The notes under the pieces: model-generated | What the model saw: the letters and a program-made list of their open reading frames with translations, nothing else | Databases searched by the model: none | Told to the model about the DNA's origin: nothing | Source: a virus | Reading direction: 5' to 3' (one strand) | DNA: 64,000 nt | IMG/VR virus record: IMGVR_UViG_3300030450_001823 | Span: 1 to 64,000 of that record | Position numbers and translations under genes: made by a program | In this document: in pieces, positions 48,001 through 57,000 of the stretch | Layout: each line of letters begins with the position of its first letter | Numbering within the stretch: position 1 is the stretch's first letter

Positions 48001-51000
48001 TACGCAATAATCTGAAAATGTAGCAGTAGCAGTATCACCTGTTCCGACTGGAGATGATGCCGCTAAACAAGTTTCAGCAGCACCGTATGGATTGAAACCA
48101 AGGGATGGGTGCCAAGCACCTAATCCAGCAGGGTAAACACCTGAGCCGACTTGTGTACCTGTATAGGAGTTCATGTAAGAGTAGGCTTCTCCAGCCCAGC
48201 CTACTGCTCCTACAGGCTTGGTACGGTCTATTGCATCAATTAACCCATTGTAGTGAACTTGGGTAATATGGTCTCTTGTTGTAACCGTGTTATCATTATT
48301 CAATCGGTGTGTACCGGATTTAGCCCAAACATACGCCTTGAAATCACTGGTGGCGGTAACTTCTCTATCATTGGTAGGATTGATGAAAGAAGTACTTTTT
48401 GCACAGTCTACTAGAAGTATTCTTGCAGCACCGTCACCACCTGCCGGTATCACCAACTCTCCGGGCTGATAACCTGAACCGGCGGTAGCAATACTAATTC
48501 CAGTTATTTCACCGGAGCCTCCGACTGTGAGAGCCAGCGTTAGCCCAGTACCACTACCGCCGCTTGTAGAAACAGTTGCTGCACTATAACCTGCACCGGG
48601 CACTGCGACAGCAGCCACTGACGGTACGGTTGAGTTAACACTTTTTCCTAAAAAGATTGAGCCAGTATTCCCATTAAACCCGGCAATCGTAAGGTTTGCG
48701 ACATCTTCTGTAATCGTAGTATTGCCTGAAATACCAGCAACTGCGTTGGTTAAAGTAAAAATACTCGTACTTGTTTCAGTTACTGTAATTTTACCAGCAT
48801 GCCCGTTAGCGTGCTCTATTGCAGCCTTGATTTGCTCCAAATACTGATGCTGAGTAGCACTTGAAAAGTTGATACCAACCGCTATGCCTCCTGTTAGACT
48901 ATCTCCGGCTGTACCTGCACCTGTGTCTGAATTAGAAACTAATACTGTTCCAGTAGCAACCCCTCCAGCGTTAGTATCTGTCAATACATATACTCTTACC
49001 GTGCCATCTGCTGCGGTAATAGTCACCTTTTGTTTCTCAGTCATACCGTGTGCGCTACCTTGAGCCGCAACCGTAAGTGTAGCAGTAGTAGTTATGTCAG
49101 TATAAGGTGCATATCCAGCGGTATTGCCGTCACTAATGCGAATCCAACCATATTTAGGTAAAGTTTCAAGGGATGCATTGTTAGTGACAACCAGTTTATT
49201 CGCTGGCTCAAAAGAAGCAATATCCAACTGTACCCAGCCGTACCTATCTTGTTTGTGAGCATTCTGCATTGAAGGCAAAAAGGTACCACCTATTGCCTTG
49301 AGTGGGTCTTTACCGGGGAATGTGTTGATAGACGCACTGATGACTGCTCCTAATTCTTCTGCGTTTTGTACACGAGTAGCGTCTATCAATACTACATTGT
49401 CATCATTCGCTTGATTATCAGGTGAACCTCCATACTGAGTTAAATATGCTTTAGCCAAAAGTCCACAAGGTCTGAAAGCAGATACATTATGCTTATTGGT
49501 ACCACCTGTAGCAAGTCTACCACCTTCTACAGCGTGTTTAGGATTTATGTTAACATGGTTATCAAGGAAATGTCCGCCGGGATGATAGCCTCCATCCATG
49601 TGCCAAATTACAGAAGACTTCTTTGTAGCAGGGTGACTACTTGATTCAAGAGCGTTACCACTTGAGTCAGTAAATATATGACTAAATGGATGAGCGCTTG
49701 GTGGTAACGCTACTCCAAATGTAAAGGGAGAGCCTTCGTAATAAAATGCCCTATCGTAAGTTTGTGCAAATGTAGTACTACCACTTACAGCAACGCTTGG
49801 GAATCCTTTAGTAGGCTCCCAGTTCATATCGTAATTAAAGGCTGAAAGTTTATTGATTTGGAAAAATGTAGTTCTAGGTAAATGTCCGATAACGGCACCA
49901 CTAGCATGGTTTATCAAACCGGCAACGGTGCTATCTCCATTAGTCAATGAGTTAGGTAAAAATGTTTCAAGACTGACAGTGCTACCATCAGTATAAATTG
50001 GCACTGCACTGTAACCATTACCGCTCGTAACTATATTGGCACCCTGTGGCTCAAAAGCAGCAGAATTGTGCGGGAATGCTTGGCCGGGACCAAATACCAT
50101 GTAGATAGTTTGGTCAGCAGTATTACCCGTAGCACTATATCTAGCGTGAGGGTGAGCAAATCTAAGTACAATTGGACTAGGTAAATTAGCGTGGACTGCG
50201 TTGCTACCATCTGTATAAGTAAGTCCAGTGAACTTAGTATTAGCACCCTTCGCCATGTCAAATGGTAATAGGCTATCTTGATTAAACAAAGGAGGATTAT
50301 TTTTACCTTTATGGTCGTCTAAGTAAGGTGTACCGGGAAACATAGCCAGCATAGCGTTAGTATCGAGTAACGCGTAGGAGCCAGCGATTTCTCCTACATT
50401 TTGAAGACCAGCAGAACCTGTAGGGCCACCTGCGTATGGGTGCGTGTAAAAATCACCATAGTCGTTTTGAGTACCGTCGTTAATATCCATAACAACGCCA
50501 CTGAAACCACCACCGAAGTAAAGTGGTACCCAATGGTCGGGACTATCTCTACCTCCTCTAAAGTAGAGGAACGGACTAGACATTTTGCTACCAGCCCTAC
50601 GAATACCATCTGTTTTCATGCCATTCTTGACATCACCGTTTCGCATAAGAACTTCATCGTCGCTGTCGTGACAGAAAGAAGCAAAGTTGGCACTAACACC
50701 TGTACCTGCCCCGTAAGTAAGTTTAGTTTCAACTGCTGCTCCGGGCGTACTAGCAACCTCTGCGTATTCTTCTGAACCCCACCAAATTGTAAATCGCTCG
50801 CCCCAAGCCTGTGCATGGTCTGAACCCGGTACACATATCGAATACAAGTAAGTGCTACTTGCGGTTGTTATTAGAGTACCACTATCAGTGGTTTTCAAAA
50901 TCATAGGGCTGTCTACCTTTGGTATAATGTGGTCGCCCGCTACACTTGTGTAATTGTCACCACGAAGGTTCCTCTGCCATGTAGATATGTCAACAGGGTT

Positions 51001-54000
51001 ATTCTGATTATCAACTAGAATAGGAGTAGCGGTGTTAGCATTAGTACCCTTGTAACGGGTAGTAATGTGCAACACTGTTTCAGGAATATAACCTACATCT
51101 AACCTTGTACCTGCGTCTCTTTCAACATCGCTTAACCCACCAGTGTGTTTAGAAGATACAACGGCGTCACTACTTGCACCTTCGACCAACCCCCAATCTT
51201 TGTTCCTTGATACTTGGAATAATTTACTTAGAGGCGTTTTGCTCTTACTACTGGCTTTAACTCGTATTGCAGTAGGGCTAACTCCCCATTCTCCCAATGT
51301 TTTACCATCAGGTGCAAACATACCTGTGCAATCAAAACTAGTCGCTGCTATACTATCGTCTGTCGGGTCAGGCATAGCCATCGCAAACTCAACTGCTGCT
51401 GCAATCACTTCGTCAGTGAGTACGCTTGTGAAGTTGATTCTTGGGCTAATTAGCATACCTTCGTTAGTAGTTAGTGCACGACCACCTGTGCAGCCATAGA
51501 AGTAATGCTTGTTAGATGCACCAGTGTCACCGTCGTGGTCGTAATGAGAACGACTGGTATAATGAATAGTAATCCCTTGGTCACCACTAGTACCTGCATC
51601 ATCTGTCAATTGTAATACTCCCGACTCAGGGAATCCGAGATAACCTAGTACATCAGGGTGGGTTAGCGTGTCTCCTGTACTGTAAGGTGCAGTGAAAGTT
51701 ACATCCATAGTTACTCCGGTATCAGTAGCCTTGTTACCAGTCACATGTATTCCTACAGCAGGTGAAGGGTAATTGTTCCAAAGATTACCTTTGTATGGCT
51801 TAGCAGTACCTCCACTCTTTTCACCGCAGACTTCTCCTGTACCTACCATGTGCTTACCAATTGTGAATCCACCTTGTGCTACATCTCTATCGTCAAAGTG
51901 AATAACAATCTCTTCGTCAATCGTAGGAGGTACTATTGTCAAATCATTTGCAAAAGACTTACCATACTGCTTGTATATCATCCTAACAGTATGATTATCA
52001 CCTCGATGGTCTACTAAACGAATACCATAAATGTTACCGTCACCTATATTACGGGGCTTCATATCATCTTTAGGAATATAACCAACTTTGTTATCGGTAT
52101 CGTATATTGTACTATTTAGCATAGCAGTAGCGGCGTTAGAAGCGTTACCGTATACTGATTGGTAACGAGAGTCTTCTCCGTCTCTGCCCATCCCCCATTT
52201 ACCAGCATCAGGAGACCAGCCGGGTATACCTGCTTGAGTCATACCGCCGAAGTTAATACGAGACTTAGCAGAAGTACCTGTTCTCAACCCATCGACAAGT
52301 GTAGATGATGGACTCTTGGTTTCAAACGATTCATCTATAACTGTATTACTATTCCTACCCGAAGCGTTTTCTCTAAAGGTATCAGCAGACTGTGTTGAAC
52401 CAATCACTATTTCAGGACCTATACTCAGATTATTACTAAAAGAAGCAAGAGTCTCTTCGGGAGGTAAGTATTCTTTCAAAGTTGTAATTGGTGCGAACGG
52501 TCTACCGAATCTATTGATAGGCATAGGTGCAGGGTGCATGTTTTCACCAGTCATTTCATCAGGTTGGCACCAATAATTACGGAATCTACCACCGTGCCCA
52601 ATGAGGTACTGAGGGCGATAAGGTGTTTGAGCACGGCTGTTATCTAACCAAGTACAGAAGTTTCTACCTTCTGCGCCCGGTATTGTAGAATGTATAACGA
52701 TAGAGTAACCCTTGTTACCGTCAGAATCAAGGACTACTCTACCAAGATGAGCACGGACATACCCCATATGCGTACCTCTGTCGTGACTTGAGAATCCTCT
52801 TTTAATGTCCCAAAACGGAGCCGGGTCGTGTGTAGAACCGGTTGCTGCAAAGTCAGCGTTGATGTGAGCAGCACTTGGGTCAAAGCCCATACTGAATCCG
52901 CCAGCCTTTACGCCGGGTGAAGATAAATCAAACTTTTCACTTTCGCCTAAATACTGGTCAGCAGGTCTTCTAGCGTGAGTACGACCATTCTTTGCACCCG
53001 CTTGGTTAACTAAGCGAACAACTTCTCTTGCCGCTGCTTCTATGTCTGTTACACCGTCTCTAAGTGCTACCTCTCCAAAGTCTACTGTTAACCGGCGCAC
53101 GAAGTCCATCTGAGTCCAATGGTCTAGTTCATTCAATCTTGCCTCTTCATGCCCACTTAAGTCAGCAGTACTGCTTCTAATCCCTTTCAGTGCAAGGAAT
53201 GCTGGTATCGCTCTTGTACCATCGGGAGTATCAAAGAATGTCGAGGCTTCTCTTGAGTCTTTGTCAATCTGCTTATGCTTTAGAACAGCGTCGTCAGAAT
53301 TGATAACAGCATCATTAGTCCTTGGCATAGCGCCATTTGTTGCATACTTTGTACCTACATCGGGTGCATGTGGTGAAAGTATAGTACCTGTACTAGCATT
53401 CCATGTACTCTTATGAGAATAAGCAGCCTCCATAAAATCGGAGCCATTAGTTGCTGCTAGATATTTACTTTCGCTTGGGAAACCGGCGGCTACATCTATC
53501 CAAGAACCTGAATTGTCATCATCGTGCACAATTGCACCGGCAGTGTGGGCTGGTGCAGCCCCTATCTTGGTGGCATCAGCGCTACTCTGTACCTGCATCC
53601 ATAGGTCTTGGAAAGCGATAAACTCACGGTCATGGGCCACATCATAAAGTAATACACGAGCGTGCTCTTCTGTAGATTGATAAGGGTCTAGGTAAGCGAC
53701 AGTCGGTGCAGGTGTATTAGATGTAAATGTCAAAGTTTGACTAGACTTAGAGCCGCCAGTGGTAGCCTCAGATAACTCAAAGTGAGTAGCGTCGGTTACT
53801 GTAGCCACAGTAGCGCCGTCAGGTATACCACTACCACTTACTCCCATACCTACCACAATTGCAGTAGAAGAAGTGTGAGTAATTGTCGGGTCGTTATTAT
53901 ACGAAGCGCCACCTACTGTGAACTCGGCGTATAATCCAAGTGCTTCGTAATTTAACTCAATCGTTTTGTTAACATGTTGAACAAAGTTCTGAGCCGTTTC

Positions 54001-57000
54001 TGTACAACTATTGCCTATCAAGAAGTTCTCCATAGGTATACTGTTCCTTGGATTAGCAGCAAACGCTCCCTCCCCTCCATTAAACCCAGTCCATACTTCG
54101 CCTTCGTTGAGTGTGCCTCTGCTCTTAGCAAACAGTCCCTCAATCGCATGAGGGTTGGTGTAATGCATGTTCATCCAAACGGTGTCACCGTCACGCAATC
54201 CACCCGGAGCATACGGATAAGCCCAAGATTTGTTTAAGAATACACCTTCTTTGACTTCGGGATATATCGTAGTAGGACTTGCATGCATATCTACTAGTGT
54301 AACTTCGTCACCGGATGCTGGTTGAAAAGCGTCATCTCGCTGAGTCAAAGTTAGCAAATTGTCAGATTTTATATCATAATGAGCATGAGTTATAACTCCG
54401 TTTGAAGTAATTGTCAAAGTCTTACTACTCAAAGAGCCGCCGGTTGTAGCGACCGATAAATCAAAAGTAGTATTACTGATAACTGCTTCAACTGTTGCTC
54501 CAACAGGTATACCATCTCCACTCACAGCCATACCGACTGCGACCAAGGTAGACGACGAATGTGTTATGAGTTTAGCATTGTTATAGGAACAACCAGTCAA
54601 ACTAAAGTCACTTGGTGCCCAAGCAAGACGGTAGCGATAATTGCTATAGCCATCTACTCCGGCTATGTTATCAGGAAATAAACTGGCATCTTTCATATAC
54701 AAAAGGGTCGGAGCACCACTAGCCCAAGCCTGTACTACCCCTTTGGCTCTACCGCTTTGTATTCTATCGAGATGAGGGTTAACACGAGGCCCTGCTCTAA
54801 ACTCTACTGCACTAACATATTGCCTCATACCATAGTCTACATTACCACCTTGTGTCATTACATTGGAGCGGTCATAGTAGAAAGAGCGCCTACCTTCATA
54901 TCCAGCACTCTTAAGCAGAGGGTTGTCAGCAATAGGAGTGTAATTCATATCTTGGTAGCCCGGAGCCGGAGTAAGTTGTGCACCAACTGCAAACTCCTTG
55001 ACGAAGTTCTTACTCATTGCCCAGTTGCCACCAGCAGTAGACGCAGAGGCCGCTGTAATTGTGTTAGCACTTGTGTCTCTAGCAGTGTAGAGCACCCATT
55101 CTCCGCTCGGCAAGAATGCCCTACGATACCTTGCACTGCCGTCAACACCAGCAACGGTGACAGGGGCAGCATCAGGTATAGGGAATATACTAGCATCTTC
55201 TACAGAGATTGTAGTACCAGTAAAAGGCTTGGTAATCTTAGTTCCTGACCTGTGACTGTCACTAGATATACTGTAGGAAAATGCACCAAAGATTTCAGGG
55301 TCTTGTGTTGCAATTTCGTCATGTCTTCTACCTACTGGGTTTGGTGCCCAGTTACTTGCAGTATGTGTAGCGTCGACATGTATTTTCATACTGTTATCAG
55401 GGCCGGGGAATATACCCTTGTCAGGGTTGTCAAAGAAGAACTCTTCAAACAAAGGTATCTCTACTAAAGCACGAGTACTGGCGTACTGTGTACCCAATTG
55501 GTAATCGTGCTGTACGCTGTCTAATGTTTGGAATAGTCTATCATTGACAGTAGTACCGTCGTTACACATGGATTCCTCAAGGAACTTATCATCAACATGT
55601 AATTTATGACCTGTGCTTATTCCAGTAGCACTGGCCCAAGCAGCAAAGCCTACTGCTTCACTACCGTCGGCCAATACAAACTTACCTGAACCTAAGTGAG
55701 TAGTGCCTGATGCAAAGTTAAACAAAACCCCTGTCTTTGAAGAATACTCTGCCGAAGCAAATCTAATCGGCTCGTTTACATCAGTCCTTGGTAATTCAAG
55801 ATATATTCTACCGACTTTAGGGAAACAGTATGTACCCCAAGATTGTAAATCAGTAGAGCGGTTGTTAAGAGGTAAAGTCGTTACAGTGCGACTACTTGTG
55901 TCGACTGCGCTTACTTCGGTAACACAATCACGCCTTGTATTCCAAGCAAGGCGAGCGGTAGGGCTAGGCTCCCAAGTCTCTTTCGTGTTGATTGCACCTT
56001 GACCCGGACCACCTAGCATCATTGTTACGACAGGTGCACCGGGCATTATTTCCTTAACAATGTGAGAATCAGGAGCGCCGTCACCTTTTGCACTGACACT
56101 AGCACCCGCTATATCGGATATAATACCATAAGCGAGTAGGTTTGAGTTACCGTTATCATCTTCATTGAATGAAAGTACACGGCCCCTTGACATCAAGTAT
56201 TCTACTGACAAATGGTTAGATGAATCTTCATCTATCTTTAGTCTAGCCAGTTGTGTAAATCTTCTACGGTCGCTTGGTTGAACAGTTAAAGTTACTATAT
56301 CTCCACTCATCTGATGCTCAATGATGTCAAATATCTCATGAACAGAAGTAGATTGGTTAGTAGTACCTGTACCTATGTTAATAGACTGGTTGTAGAGTTC
56401 TTCATTGTCTACCAAAGACGCAGTAATTCCAGCAGACACTCCGATGGCTGTTTCTGCAACAGAAGTAATTGTACCTAATACGGTCCCATCAATCTTATAC
56501 AAACTCTGACCTGTTGAGAACTTAGTACGAGCGTCTACTGCATCAACGGTGATACTGGTAGCAGTTGCTGAATAACCACTGCCATTATTTACCAACACAC
56601 CAGTTCTTTGCCGGTCATACTGAGAACTTTGTCTAATTATATCTGCTGTCTCTTCTAAAGTGTCTTCATAAGTAGCGGTTTTAATTATTATTTTACTAAA
56701 CTGTGAACTCTTAGTAGATAAGTTAGAATCAGATACCGCTATACCTTGAGGTGTAGTTTGCGGTGGGTCAGTAGATGCCAAAGGTAAGTAATTATCAGGG
56801 CACAGCGTTGTGTCTAAAGTTGTCTCTGCAACAGTGCCTTCTTCTGTATCTCCTTCTAAGTCTCCGCTTTTGAAAGGAAACATACCGGGTGCTTTGAACT
56901 CTACTATACCACCGGGAGAAAGTATATCCAAGTCTGCACTAGCCATATCAGTGTGTATCAAATCAAGTATAGATGTACTACCAGTCACTATTGTACTGAC